A DNA stretch of 64,000 nt, taken from Candidatus Adlerbacteria bacterium (GTDB lineage: Bacteria > Patescibacteriota > Minisyncoccia > Phycocordibacterales > SBAW01). The stretch is taken from assembly GCA_037135035.1 (NCBI GenBank), contig JBAXLB010000001.1, positions 94,465 to 158,464 of the forward strand, written 5' to 3'. Made by a program: the position numbers and the translations under genes. A model generated the notes under the pieces. The model ran no database searches. It was not told where the DNA came from and saw only the letters and a list, made by a program, of their open reading frames with translations. This document shows, one piece after another, positions 43,169 to 52,813 of this stretch; position 1 is the stretch's first letter; each line of letters starts with the position of its first letter.

Positions 43169-43669
43169 CTATGCTACAAAGCGGTAGCCTACACCACGTA
43201 CTGTTTCAAAACGGGGCGATGTGGGAGTGCGCTCTAGTTTTTTGCGGAGATTTTTCATGTGTACGTCGAGTACGTTGCTCCAGGTCATGGAATTAAAATC
43301 CCACACATGGCTGGAAAGTTCTTCGCGGGTAAATACCTCGCCGGGTCGGCGGAGAAAACATTCGAGCAAGGCGTATTCTTTAAGTGTGAGCGCTATCTCG
43401 GTGTCGTTTACAAACACTTTGTGCATTGCAGTGTCGATAGTAATGTCGCCGACGGTATGTACAACAGTTGGGATAGTTGCGGGGCGGCGTGCAACCGATG
43501 CAACGCGTGCAATAAGTTCTTCTGTAGAAAATGGTTTAACGACGTAGTCGTCTGCACCGGCGTTTAGTAACTCTACTTTGTACGCTGTTTCGCTCCGACC
43601 GGTGAGGATAATGATAGGGGTCGTAATTTTCTCAGCTCGTAGGCTCTTGGTTATAGCCATGCCGTCCAT
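43169..43669 (-). CDS. OmpR-family response regulator lacking the N-terminal ~55 aa of the receiver domain (no phospho-acceptor Asp); possibly degenerate.
   Basis: Winged-helix C-terminal domain (LTLKEYALLECFLRRPGEVFTREEL...RGVGYRF). The receiver starts at MDG, after the expected D. Only 44 bp separate it from the upstream SET gene, so there is no room for the missing segment. Confidence 0.6.
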   Translation of the reverse strand: MDGMAITKSLRAEKITTPIIILTGRSETAYKVELLNAGADDYVVKPFSTEELIARVASVARRPATIPTVVHTVGDITIDTAMHKVFVNDTEIALTLKEYALLECFLRRPGEVFTREELSSHVWDFNSMTWSNVLDVHMKNLRKKLERTPTSPRFETVRGVGYRFVA

Positions 43670-43712
43670 CCCTATAACGGTACTCCTAAAATGAAAAATA
43701 CAAAAGCCACTC

Positions 43713-44126
43713 TTACTGAGGGCTACATTTTGTACAGCGACAACCTTTTGGTTTTATATACGTGTCGAAATACTCTTCGTCGTAGTCGTAGGTTAACTCT
43801 TCGCCTACTTTGATGCGTCGTAAGGCAAAGACAAAAATCCTTTTATTGCGTATGTCTATTTCGCAATTTGGTGCACAGGAGTGGTTGATGTATTTGGCGG
43901 TATTGCTTGCTGTATTGCCGTCGATCATTGTTTTTTTACTTGTTTCAAACAAATATTTCCCGCGATGGGTGTACTGCTCGCTTCCAGTAACTGGGCGGCC
44001 GGTGTATTCGATAATGCAGGTACCTTTCGGGATCTCTTGCTCGGCAAACAATCCTTTCCCTGTGCGCGAGAGGCCAATACGGAGATGTAATTTTTCTGGC
44101 GTAAAATGTCGGACAATCTTTTTCAC
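43713..44126 (-). CDS. SET-domain protein (lysine methyltransferase-like), 137 aa with post-SET Cys cluster.
   Basis: NHSCAPNC and ELTYDY SET signatures, C-terminal CRCTKC. Confidence 0.75.
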   Translation of the reverse strand: MKKIVRHFTPEKLHLRIGLSRTGKGLFAEQEIPKGTCIIEYTGRPVTGSEQYTHRGKYLFETSKKTMIDGNTASNTAKYINHSCAPNCEIDIRNKRIFVFALRRIKVGEELTYDYDEEYFDTYIKPKGCRCTKCSPQ

Positions 44127-44169
44127 TCGACTAGGATACCACTTTTATGAAGCGTGGTATATTTCAGGC

Positions 44170-44589
44170 ATGAAACGGAAAGGCGAAACAGAATCCGAAA
44201 CCTGGCACCGCAAACACCAAGAGTCGCTTACGTGGGGCGAACGTGTTGCTGACGCAGTCGCCAACTATATGGGTTCGTGGTCATTTATTATTGTACAAAG
44301 TGTCCTTGTTTTTTTCTGGATGGGATTAAATATTTTTGCCTATGTTGGGCACTGGGACCCGTACCCGTTTATTTTATTGAACCTTCTTTTTTCAACACAG
44401 GCCGCATACGCAGCGCCTATTATTATGATGGCGCAAAACCGCCAGAACGACCGCGACCGGCACCAGTCGATGGCAGACTTCGAAACAAACTTGAGTGCTA
44501 AGAAAGAAATTGAAAGTCTGCAGATGGAATTGAATCGTATTGAAAACCAAAAACTCGACAAAATTTTAGAGCTTTTGCAGAAGAAATAA
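44170..44589 (+). CDS. DUF1003-family membrane protein. Start is at the internal ATG MKRKGETE.
   Basis: WDPYPFILLNLLFSTQAAYAAPIIMMAQNRQ motif typical of DUF1003, followed by a coiled-coil tail. Confidence 0.6.
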   Translation: MKRKGETESETWHRKHQESLTWGERVADAVANYMGSWSFIIVQSVLVFFWMGLNIFAYVGHWDPYPFILLNLLFSTQAAYAAPIIMMAQNRQNDRDRHQSMADFETNLSAKKEIESLQMELNRIENQKLDKILELLQKK

Positions 44590-44645
44590 ATCAAGTACTA
44601 TTGGGTACGAGTTTTTCCGTTCCTTCTAACAGAGAGGTTGTTGCC

Positions 44646-44831
44646 ATGTTTGCACGTCGCCAACTGCTGGTAGCGGCGGCGCTTATGCCGGCCGCTCTCC
44701 GTGCCTCATGGGCACAAAATTACCCCGTACGCCCAATCCGCATTGTTGTGGGTTTCCCGCCCGGGGGCCCCACCGACCAGCTTGCCCGCCTCTTGAGCGA
44801 GCAGTTGCCCCGAGATATGGCACGACATTAA
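44646..44831 (+). pseudogene. N-terminal fragment (~61 aa) of a TctC/Bug-family periplasmic binding protein with a Tat-like signal; GC-rich, truncated.
   Basis: MFARRQLLVAAALMPAALRASWAQNYPVRPIRIVVGFPPGGPTDQLARLL is the characteristic start of Bug/TctC proteins. The ORF stops after 61 aa and composition shifts abruptly afterwards. Confidence 0.4.
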
Positions 44832-45051
44832 CCGTCAGTACAACATGGGGGTCAACAAATTTTCTTTGGATAGTACAAACCAACGCCACTAGTTATGGTG
44901 CTCGTACGTTCGGTACACGTTTTCTCAACCGATATGGTGCGGTACTTTCACATCAAACTATACAGGTGGGGGATAGCGTTACTATAACTGGCATGCTTAA
45001 CAATACTGCCCAAGAAACAATAATCCACGCCGATACTGTCAGGAGTTTGAA

Positions 45052-45084
45052 ATAAAAAAGCCGCCATCTCGGGGGGAGCGGCGG
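45052..45084 (-). terminator. Rho-independent terminator for the 45085..45510 gene.
   Basis: Minus-strand CCGCCGC-N13-GCGGC followed by UUUUUUAUUU. Confidence 0.5.
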
Positions 45085-45510
45085 TCACATGAGCTTCTTT
45101 TTGAAGTCGCTTTTCTGGGAGCGTTCAGTCTTTGTGTCGCTGCAGATGATGACTAATAGCCAGACTGGACCTGCAACACCGGCAGTATCTTCGTCTTCGA
45201 AGACGCCTTGCCCGTGTTCGAGTTGGAGTTTTACCTCTCTTCCGTGATTAGCAATTGCCACCTCGCAGACGTACCGAAAGACAAGACGCTCTTCTATTCC
45301 AAGCTCTTCCGCAATGTATTTTGGCCGAAAGAAATTTATACTAACGTTCTGCGCCGTTAGACCTCTTTTGTACTCTTCGGGGCTTAGCACGGTCACCGCA
45401 TCTAATTTGCCTTCAGAAAAAAGCCTGTAGGCTTTTGTTTCGAAAGCTTCCTCCCAAGAAGTGAATCTTCCTAGGTCGGCCAGAGTGTTCAGGGTCAAAG
45501 TAAAACCCAT
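45085..45510 (-). CDS. Hypothetical protein (141 aa).
   Basis: ORF with terminator. No homology recognised. Confidence 0.4.
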   Translation of the reverse strand: MGFTLTLNTLADLGRFTSWEEAFETKAYRLFSEGKLDAVTVLSPEEYKRGLTAQNVSINFFRPKYIAEELGIEERLVFRYVCEVAIANHGREVKLQLEHGQGVFEDEDTAGVAGPVWLLVIICSDTKTERSQKSDFKKKLM

Positions 45511-45669
45511 AGCAGTCTCCTCGATGTTTCCAATTACAACTCTACATCTTTATGTAACTTTGTCAGCTCCGCTGAGACCTAATTTTTAAGGAGAAACATA
45601 GACTTTTAAAAAAATTGTGGTATTATCAACTTAACGCGCTCTTCCCCAAAAACCATAAGGAGTTCTCAG

Positions 45670-46101
45670 ATGTCCTTACCCCCATCCCTTGACCTGAAGC
45701 GGATCCTGAATGTGAGAGACGCGCTCCAGACGCATCTCTTCGACGGGGGCTTGATCGATTTCTTTGTCGGTCAAAGGCAGTACCGCATCAATCCTGTCTC
45801 CTTCGAAATGAAGGGCGGTGACGTCGTATTAAAGACGACAAATCCCTTGATGCAATTGAGAGGAGGTGTGTGGAGACCGGCCCGGAATCAGAGCCTCACA
45901 CTAAAGCTTAACGATACGGCCCCCGTCATTCTCGTTCACGGTGAGCCGGATGAGTTGTTGTTGGTTCTCGTAAGTAATGAGACGGAAGAGGGACCGGTCC
46001 AAGTCGTTCTTTACCCTTTTGGCGTCGACCTACAAAACCCTAAAATACAAATATCGGGTTGGAGTAGGGGTGCTCCTCCAAATCTACACAAAAAACCATA
46101 G
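45670..46101 (+). CDS. Hypothetical protein (143 aa).
   Basis: RBS AAGGAG 8 nt upstream of ATG. No homology recognised. Confidence 0.4.
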   Translation: MSLPPSLDLKRILNVRDALQTHLFDGGLIDFFVGQRQYRINPVSFEMKGGDVVLKTTNPLMQLRGGVWRPARNQSLTLKLNDTAPVILVHGEPDELLLVLVSNETEEGPVQVVLYPFGVDLQNPKIQISGWSRGAPPNLHKKP

Positions 46102-46280
46102 TGCGAGGGGACTATGGGTGCAATATTGCAGGCGCTTGGGCGCCTGTTTTTCTTTTGCTCCTCCTGATAGAGGACGTTCCCTCGGCCATAGCCCGGACTA
46201 CGGGCGAGGCGAACCTATTGTGGGTAAAAGAAAAGGCCGCCCTGGTGTGGGAGGCCTTGAGCGGCATTACCGAAGCGCAG

Positions 46281-46550
46281 CTACTTGTCGCGACTGTAAG
46301 CTGCTCCACGAATATCGTCATCGCTCATGTTGGCGATATCGAGGTCGCCACCGAAGAAGCGGTCGAGCAGTTCCCCCGTGCCATCTGTGGGGAAGAGAGT
46401 ACCCAGACGGCCTTTCACTTCCTCGCCGCGTGCATGAGCAGCTTCGGCGGCGGCAACTCCGCCGAACTCCTGCTGCATTAGCTCCATGGATTTTGCAGCT
46501 TTTCCGCGGATGCGCTCCTGTGCTTCGCGGTCTTTATCGGACTCGGACAT
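46281..46550 (-). CDS. Hypothetical small acidic protein (89 aa).
   Basis: ORF with RBS-like AGGAGGA upstream. No homology recognised. Confidence 0.3.
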   Translation of the reverse strand: MSESDKDREAQERIRGKAAKSMELMQQEFGGVAAAEAAHARGEEVKGRLGTLFPTDGTGELLDRFFGGDLDIANMSDDDIRGAAYSRDK

Positions 46551-46808
46551 CCTATCCTCCTGTGCAGTTCAAGCCCAACTATACAAGTTTATTAAAATAT
46601 GTCAGCTCCGCATGGTGAACGACGTCAGAACTTGGAGTTTGGAGCAAATTGGGCTCATTTCGCCACTATCAAGAGATACAGCGACTTTGGAATAAATTCG
46701 CACCACAGAGGGTCGCAGCAAGGCACGTAAGACATCCATAAAGACCGGATGACTTGCTTTGGGAGCCAAAATAGCCTTTATTTTATGAAAGCAGGATATT
46801 GACAAGAA

Positions 46809-46849
46809 TTGGCAAGTTAGTTGTAAGGCTTGCCAAAACTTGACATAAT
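46809..46849 (+). promoter_or_regulatory. Candidate promoter (TTGTAA-N17-CATAAT) overlapped by an 8-bp inverted repeat TTGGCAAG-N12-CTTGCCAA. Putative operator for the HTH domain of the downstream methyltransferase.
   Basis: Sequence read directly; the -10 hexamer lies ~25 nt upstream of the ATG at 46875. Confidence 0.4.
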
Positions 46850-46874
46850 TTCCCAAAAGGTAGAAGATGCCTTT

Positions 46875-49052
46875 ATGAATGAAACACAAGACGACAGACT
46901 TTACACGTTGCAGGAGGTGGCGGACATGCTTCATGTTAGCGAGCGTACGACTTTCCGCTACATTCACGATAAGAAATTGAACGCAAAGAAAATTGGGGGT
47001 GCATGGCGTGTTACAAGTGCTGATCTCAAAGCATTTCTTGCAGGAGAAGCGCCGGAGGTGCTTCGCGCTGTTGAGAAGGACATGGTGGGCAAGCGCGATA
47101 GTTTGACGAAAGCCGACATTAAGCGCGTGTGCGACATTCTGCGCCGCGACGATGGCGTCGGGGCGAAGGATTACATCGAGCAATTCTCATGGCTCCTATT
47201 TCTCAAAGTATTCGAGGGCGTCGAAGCGCAGCTCAAGGAACTTGAAGAGGCTGAAGGGCGAAAATATAAATCAGTCATTGATGCCGAATACCAATGGTCG
47301 GCGTGGGCCAAGAAGGACTGGAAGGACAAGGATGAACTCATTCATTTCATAAATCAGAAACTCTTCCCTTACTTGCAAACGTTGCAGGGAGACCCACGCC
47401 GCGACAAGATCGGTCAGATATTCCGCGAACTGCCGGGCAACCGCATCCGCTCGCCTCATAACCTTCTTGATGTCATCGATATTCTCAACAAGATAGAGAA
47501 ACATCATTTTCAGGATACAAACCTTCTCTCGCAGGTCTATGAAGAAATCTTGCAGGCGATGGGAAGCGAAGGTGGCTGGTCGGGGGAGTTCTATTCTCCA
47601 AGACCGCTCATCCGCCTCATGGTCAAAATCGTAAATCCGATGCTCGGTGAGACAGTTCTCGATCCTTTCGTTGGGTCGGGCGGCTTCCTCGTGGAAAGCT
47701 TCAATCACATCTACGAAAACTCTGCAAAAGATGTTCGTGCATGGAAAACACTCCAAACTAAAACGCTCTACGGGCAGGAAAAGAAACCGTTGCCATTTCT
47801 AATCGGCACGATGAACCTCATTTTACATCATGTCCTCGTGCCTAATCTCGTACGCACGAACACCTTTATGGAGGATGTGCACAACACGCCCGAAAGCGAG
47901 AAAGTAAACGTGATTTTGACGAACCCTCCATTTGGTGCGGAAGAATCGAAAGCGGTGCAGAACAACTACCCGATCCAAGTTGGAGCGACCGAAGGTCTTG
48001 CGCTTCAGTATGTGATGAAGCGCCTCAAAAACGGCGGCCGGTGCGGCATCATTCTTCCGGAGGGCAACGTATTGTTTGGTGGAGGAGCCATGGCTCGCAT
48101 ACGCGAGGAGCTTCTCACAAAATTTAATGTGTCGGCAATCATTTCTCTACCGCAAGGTACTTTCTCCCAAATGGGGACTGGTATTAAGACCAACCTCATA
48201 TTCTTTGAAAAAACTGGCGGTACAAAGGAGATTTGGTATGGCGAAGTAAAGGGAAAGTTTACTAAGAAGAAAACCGTGCAAGATAGCGACTTGTATGAGG
48301 TGTTCGAGAAGTGGAAAAAGCGTGAAAATTCAGATACTTCTTGGACAGTGCCTATAGCTACTATCAAGGAGCAGGGTTATAACATATTGCCAAAGAACCC
48401 AAACACCACGAATGAAATGTTCGAGAGCCCGGATGAATTGATACAAGCTTTAGAAAATGGACAGAGCGCAGTTGAGAAAGCAATACAGTCACTTGGCTCA
48501 CTTTATAGAAAACTCTCGGTAACCTCAGCGGGACAAAGATATTCATTGACAGAACTTTTTGACCGATTGCCAGCCGGAAGGAAATATTCTAAGAAAGAGG
48601 TGCGAGATGAAGGCAAGGTGCCCGTCATTGACCAGAGCCAGAGTGATGTGTTTGGTTATCACAACCTTAAGCCGGATATTCATGCGTCAGAGGGTGAACC
48701 TGTTATTACCTTCGCTAACCACACAAGAGCTGTTAGGTATATGACCCATGATTTCTCGGTAATACAAAATGTATTTCCATTACGCGCAAAAGCCGTCATT
48801 TTACCTCGCTTCGGTTACTACTTGCTACAAGAAGTAGTTCCAAATGAGGGCTATAAGGGTCACTGGCCTCTGCTCGAGAAAATGAGCTTTTCCATTCCTG
48901 ATTTAAAGAGTCAGGCAGAGATTGTTAAAATCGCCGATGCCATATGGGAACATATCTCTGAACTGCAAAAGCAAGTTGGTAAACAGCATTCTGATTTGAT
49001 GCTGTTTCGGAGTTCATTCTTGCTATCAATATTTCAAGCTGAGGATAAATAG
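46875..49052 (+). CDS. hsdM: Type I R-M methyltransferase fusion: N-terminal excisionase-type HTH, HsdM N6-adenine MTase, and a C-terminal single HsdS target-recognition domain.
   Basis: HTH YTLQEVADMLHVSERTTFRYIHDKKLNAKKIGGAWRV. MTase motif I DPFVGSGGFL and motif IV NPPFG. C-terminal ~250 aa matches the HsdS TRD pattern ending in the conserved PLLEKMSFSIPDLKSQAEIV region. The listed ORF starts at a TTG at 46830; the ATG at 46875 is preferred. Confidence 0.8.
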   Translation: MNETQDDRLYTLQEVADMLHVSERTTFRYIHDKKLNAKKIGGAWRVTSADLKAFLAGEAPEVLRAVEKDMVGKRDSLTKADIKRVCDILRRDDGVGAKDYIEQFSWLLFLKVFEGVEAQLKELEEAEGRKYKSVIDAEYQWSAWAKKDWKDKDELIHFINQKLFPYLQTLQGDPRRDKIGQIFRELPGNRIRSPHNLLDVIDILNKIEKHHFQDTNLLSQVYEEILQAMGSEGGWSGEFYSPRPLIRLMVKIVNPMLGETVLDPFVGSGGFLVESFNHIYENSAKDVRAWKTLQTKTLYGQEKKPLPFLIGTMNLILHHVLVPNLVRTNTFMEDVHNTPESEKVNVILTNPPFGAEESKAVQNNYPIQVGATEGLALQYVMKRLKNGGRCGIILPEGNVLFGGGAMARIREELLTKFNVSAIISLPQGTFSQMGTGIKTNLIFFEKTGGTKEIWYGEVKGKFTKKKTVQDSDLYEVFEKWKKRENSDTSWTVPIATIKEQGYNILPKNPNTTNEMFESPDELIQALENGQSAVEKAIQSLGSLYRKLSVTSAGQRYSLTELFDRLPAGRKYSKKEVRDEGKVPVIDQSQSDVFGYHNLKPDIHASEGEPVITFANHTRAVRYMTHDFSVIQNVFPLRAKAVILPRFGYYLLQEVVPNEGYKGHWPLLEKMSFSIPDLKSQAEIVKIADAIWEHISELQKQVGKQHSDLMLFRSSFLLSIFQAEDK

Positions 49053-49053
49053 T

Positions 49054-51507
49054 ATGGCTTACTCAGAAGATGACACAAGGGTTAAACTTATAGACCCAAA
49101 AATACACGAAGCAGGATGGAAGGAGGAATACATCCTTCGCAACTATGCTATTGCCGACGATCGCTTTTACGTTGAGGGTGAGGAATATAAACGACTTCCG
49201 ACTGCTAAATTTGCTGATTATGTGCTGACTTACAACAATCTCACCATCGCTGTGCTCGAAGCAAAGGCGGAAGATGAAGAGCCTCTTAAGCATATGAGTC
49301 AGGCGCAGGATTACGCAAAGCGCCTCGATGTGCCGTTCGCGTACATCTCAAATGGCAAGACAATCTACCTGCACGATCGGCGCACAAAGAAAACGGAGAA
49401 GGTCTCGTCGTATCTTTCGCCCGAGGAGATGCATAAAGCATATCTGGAGTGGAAGGGGCTCGCGAATCAGAATCTCTCGGCGCTCGAATATCCACTCTAC
49501 ATAAGTGGAACCAAACGCCCCCGTGCCTATCAGGAAACCGCTATTAAGGATGTGGTGGAAAATATCACCAAGGGTAAGAAGGCGACGCTCCTCACGATGG
49601 CAACCGGCACCGGTAAGACTTTCACGGCCTTTCAAATCGTATGGAAACTCGTCAAATCGAAATCCATGCACCGCGTCCTCTTCTTGAGTGATCGCGTCAT
49701 CCTTCGCGATGACTCATACAGTCGAGACTTCGAACCATTCGGTGAGACGCGCCACAAGATAGAAGGAGGTAACTTCAATAAGAATCGCGATATCTACTTC
49801 GCTACATATCAAACCCTTTTCACCAACGACCTCTACAAGGACATCCCATCGGACTTCTTTGATCTCATCGTTATAGACGAGTGTCACCGCTCCCGCTATG
49901 GCGACTGGGGTGCGGTTTTGGATCACTTCGGTTCTGCCGCTCAACTTGGCATGACCGCTACTCCGAAGCGCGAAGACAATATTGACGTGTATGACTATTT
50001 TGGAGAGCCTGTTTTTGAATACTCGCTCGGACAGGCAATAGACGACGGGTACCTCGTGCCATACAAAATCTACAAAGTTACAACCAATCTTTACCGCAAG
50101 GGTTTGAATGTCGCTGCAGCAGAAGAAGTCATTTACGATGATGAAATTGAGCCCGCGGACGTGAAGGACTTTTACGAGCCGTCCGAGTACGAGCGTGCGG
50201 TTACCATTCCGGAACAGATAGACCTTCTCTCAAGCAAGGTCATTCAGGTGCTCAACGACACTAACCAGTATGGAAAAACAATCGTCTTTTGCGTCGACAT
50301 GGCACACGCTCAAGCAGTCAAGGACAAACTCAACGAAATCAAAGGGAGGGAGGATTACGCTACCCGCATCGTGGCGGAGGATAAAGATGACCTAACTGTT
50401 TTCCGCGATAAAGAGCGGCCGATGCCGGTTGTTGCGACAACGGTAGATTTGCTCTCGACAGGCGTGGATATTCCACACATCCAAAATATCGTGTTTATGC
50501 GCCCGATTGCATCGCGCGTGCTCTTCAAGCAAATCATGGGCCGTGGTTCCCGTCTCTCCGAAGGCAAAGGGTTCTTTAGGATCATTGACTTCACCAATGC
50601 GACACGGCTCATTGATGATTGGGATATTCCCCCAGAGCCGCCTAAGCCGCCCTCTCCGCCAGAGGAACCGATGCCACCGATGGATAAACTGCTCATGGGT
50701 ATTGTCGTAGACAACACGACCGAAGAGCCGGTTGCAAGCGCAATCGTCAAAGCAAAACTTGGGCGCTGGGAGAAGGTCGGAAAGACAGATGAACATGGCT
50801 TCTTCAAGTTGTTTGGCTTGCCGTCCAACGACAAGGTAAACGTGCATATTGAACATGCTGACTACAAGGTATTGAACAAAACCTTAAAACCCCACACGTC
50901 CGACGAAGAGATGCCGTACGAGTTCCGCCTGAAGGCGCTTCGCTCCACGCCGAAGAAAATAACCGTTAAAGGTATCGAGGTTACGATCGACGAGGAAGTT
51001 GAGATTGAGTTCGACGGCATAAAACTCTCAAAAGCAGAATATCGTAGATTCTCCGGGGAGAAGATAGTGGAAATGGTGCATACCACGGACGAACTACGTG
51101 CAGTGTGGCTCGACCCTGAGAAGCGTGAGCTATTCATGGCGGACTTGGAGTCAAAGCGCGTCAATATTCCACTCATTAAATCCATCGAGAACTTAGAAGA
51201 CAGTGACGCATTTGACGTGATAGCTCATATTGCCTTCAACGCGCCGCTTCTCACACGCGAAGACCGCGTCAAGCAGTTTATGCGTGCCAATTCGCAACTC
51301 ATTGACCAGTACGGAACGGAAATTGGCGAAGCCGTTCGCAACATCATGGAAAAATACAAGACCGGCGGCGAAGAGAATATATCGTCACAAGCATTTCTTT
51401 TGCCGAACATGAACGCAAAGAAAGAAGCAATACAGGCTCAATACCCAGGGGGGCTTTTTGGCTTTGTCCGCGGATTAAAAGAGAAGATCTACGAGTTTAG
51501 TAAATAG
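49054..51507 (+). CDS. hsdR: Type I restriction enzyme R subunit (HsdR-like), 817 aa, with an inserted Pro-rich linker plus Ig-like (CarboxypepD_reg-like) domain and an EcoEI_R_C-like C-terminus.
   Basis: N-terminal PD-(D/E)xK nuclease region (DYVL...EAKAED), SF2 helicase motifs TMATGTGKT and VIDECHRS. PPEPPKPPSPPEEPMPP linker then GIVVDNTTEEPVASAIVKAKLG...TDEHGFF beta-sandwich. C-terminal DVIAHIAFNAPLLTREDRVKQ. Confidence 0.85.
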   Translation: MAYSEDDTRVKLIDPKIHEAGWKEEYILRNYAIADDRFYVEGEEYKRLPTAKFADYVLTYNNLTIAVLEAKAEDEEPLKHMSQAQDYAKRLDVPFAYISNGKTIYLHDRRTKKTEKVSSYLSPEEMHKAYLEWKGLANQNLSALEYPLYISGTKRPRAYQETAIKDVVENITKGKKATLLTMATGTGKTFTAFQIVWKLVKSKSMHRVLFLSDRVILRDDSYSRDFEPFGETRHKIEGGNFNKNRDIYFATYQTLFTNDLYKDIPSDFFDLIVIDECHRSRYGDWGAVLDHFGSAAQLGMTATPKREDNIDVYDYFGEPVFEYSLGQAIDDGYLVPYKIYKVTTNLYRKGLNVAAAEEVIYDDEIEPADVKDFYEPSEYERAVTIPEQIDLLSSKVIQVLNDTNQYGKTIVFCVDMAHAQAVKDKLNEIKGREDYATRIVAEDKDDLTVFRDKERPMPVVATTVDLLSTGVDIPHIQNIVFMRPIASRVLFKQIMGRGSRLSEGKGFFRIIDFTNATRLIDDWDIPPEPPKPPSPPEEPMPPMDKLLMGIVVDNTTEEPVASAIVKAKLGRWEKVGKTDEHGFFKLFGLPSNDKVNVHIEHADYKVLNKTLKPHTSDEEMPYEFRLKALRSTPKKITVKGIEVTIDEEVEIEFDGIKLSKAEYRRFSGEKIVEMVHTTDELRAVWLDPEKRELFMADLESKRVNIPLIKSIENLEDSDAFDVIAHIAFNAPLLTREDRVKQFMRANSQLIDQYGTEIGEAVRNIMEKYKTGGEENISSQAFLLPNMNAKKEAIQAQYPGGLFGFVRGLKEKIYEFSK

Positions 51508-51532
51508 AACTTATCAGTAACCTCAACAAATT

Positions 51533-52810
51533 ATGCCAGACTCACACAAAACCAGCGCCGTGATGATTGACTGTCCCAAGTGCGGCGAGACTTACGAGAT
51601 AACAGAAGCGCTCCGTGAGTCGATTGCTGAAAAAGCGAAGGCAGAAGTACTTGCTGATGTTTCTAAGCGAGAGAAAGCTCTTGCGTCGCAAGAGGCAGTC
51701 ATTGCAGGTGAAAAGGAACAGATGGAAAAGCTCAAAGCAACGGAGGCAGAACGGGTCAAGCGAGAAGTAACTAAGCGTGTAGATGAAGAGCGCACAAAGG
51801 TTGTTGCAGATGCAAAAAAGCAGGCACAAGAGGAACTTCGTGTTGAGCTGAAGGATAAGGAGGAGCAGATCAAGGAAAAAGACGCAGCACTCAAAATTGC
51901 TCAAGAAGCAGAGCTCTCTGCCAGAAAGAGAGAACGCGAAGCGGACGAGAGAATCAAGACCGCAGACCTCGAAGTTGAAAAAAAGCTTGCATCTAAACAG
52001 GGTGAGATGGAAGTCGAGATAAGCAAACGATACAACGAAGAGTTTGCTGCAAAAGAACGCCAGAATCAAAAGAAAATAAGCGACCTTGTTCAGCAACTGG
52101 AGGAGGCCAAGATAAAAGCTGAACAAGGATCTCAGCAACTTCAAGGTGAGGTTCAGGAACTTGATCTCGAGCAAGCACTACGTGAAGCGTTTCCGCAGGA
52201 TGTAATCGAGCCTGTCGGCAAGGGCATAAGGGGTGCTGATATTAGACAACGAGTGCAGTCCAGTTCGGGGCGCCTTGCTGGCGTAATTCTGTGGGAGTCA
52301 AAGCAAACAAAAACATGGTCAGACGGCTGGCTCGGCAAACTCAAAGATGACCTTCGCGCCGAGGCAGCAAACATTCCGGTGATCGTGAGTGTTGCAATGC
52401 CTGAGGAAGCGAAAGCAGGATTCGGACAAAAAGAAGGCGTATGGGTGTGCAAGCCGGGCATGGCCATCGGTGTCGCTCATGCTTTCAGACGCCAGCTGCT
52501 TGACGTCGCTTTGGCAAACGCGCAGGCGGAGAGTCGCGGCACACTTGCTGACTCTCTCTATGACTACGTCATAAGCCATGAATTCAGGCAACAGATCGAA
52601 TCGATGGTGGAGGTCTATCGAGAAATGAAAGAGCAGATTGGACGGGAAAGAATTGCTTATGAAAAGTCATGGAAAATACGCGATGCTCAGGTCGACAGAA
52701 TGTTCGTCGGCACGGCACGTGTCGTGGGTTCAATACAAGGTAAGCTCGGGAGCACTGCATTCGGTCCTGTTAAAGGATTGGAATTGCTTGAGGGTCCAGA
52801 AACTGAATAG
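51533..52810 (+). CDS. DUF2130-like protein: N-terminal CPKCG zinc-ribbon half, ~200-aa Lys/Glu coiled-coil, conserved C-terminal globular domain.
   Basis: Domain layout read from the translation. Starts 26 bp after hsdR, and its stop is 4 bp from the next gene. Confidence 0.55.
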   Translation: MPDSHKTSAVMIDCPKCGETYEITEALRESIAEKAKAEVLADVSKREKALASQEAVIAGEKEQMEKLKATEAERVKREVTKRVDEERTKVVADAKKQAQEELRVELKDKEEQIKEKDAALKIAQEAELSARKREREADERIKTADLEVEKKLASKQGEMEVEISKRYNEEFAAKERQNQKKISDLVQQLEEAKIKAEQGSQQLQGEVQELDLEQALREAFPQDVIEPVGKGIRGADIRQRVQSSSGRLAGVILWESKQTKTWSDGWLGKLKDDLRAEAANIPVIVSVAMPEEAKAGFGQKEGVWVCKPGMAIGVAHAFRRQLLDVALANAQAESRGTLADSLYDYVISHEFRQQIESMVEVYREMKEQIGRERIAYEKSWKIRDAQVDRMFVGTARVVGSIQGKLGSTAFGPVKGLELLEGPETE

Positions 52811-52813
52811 TCT

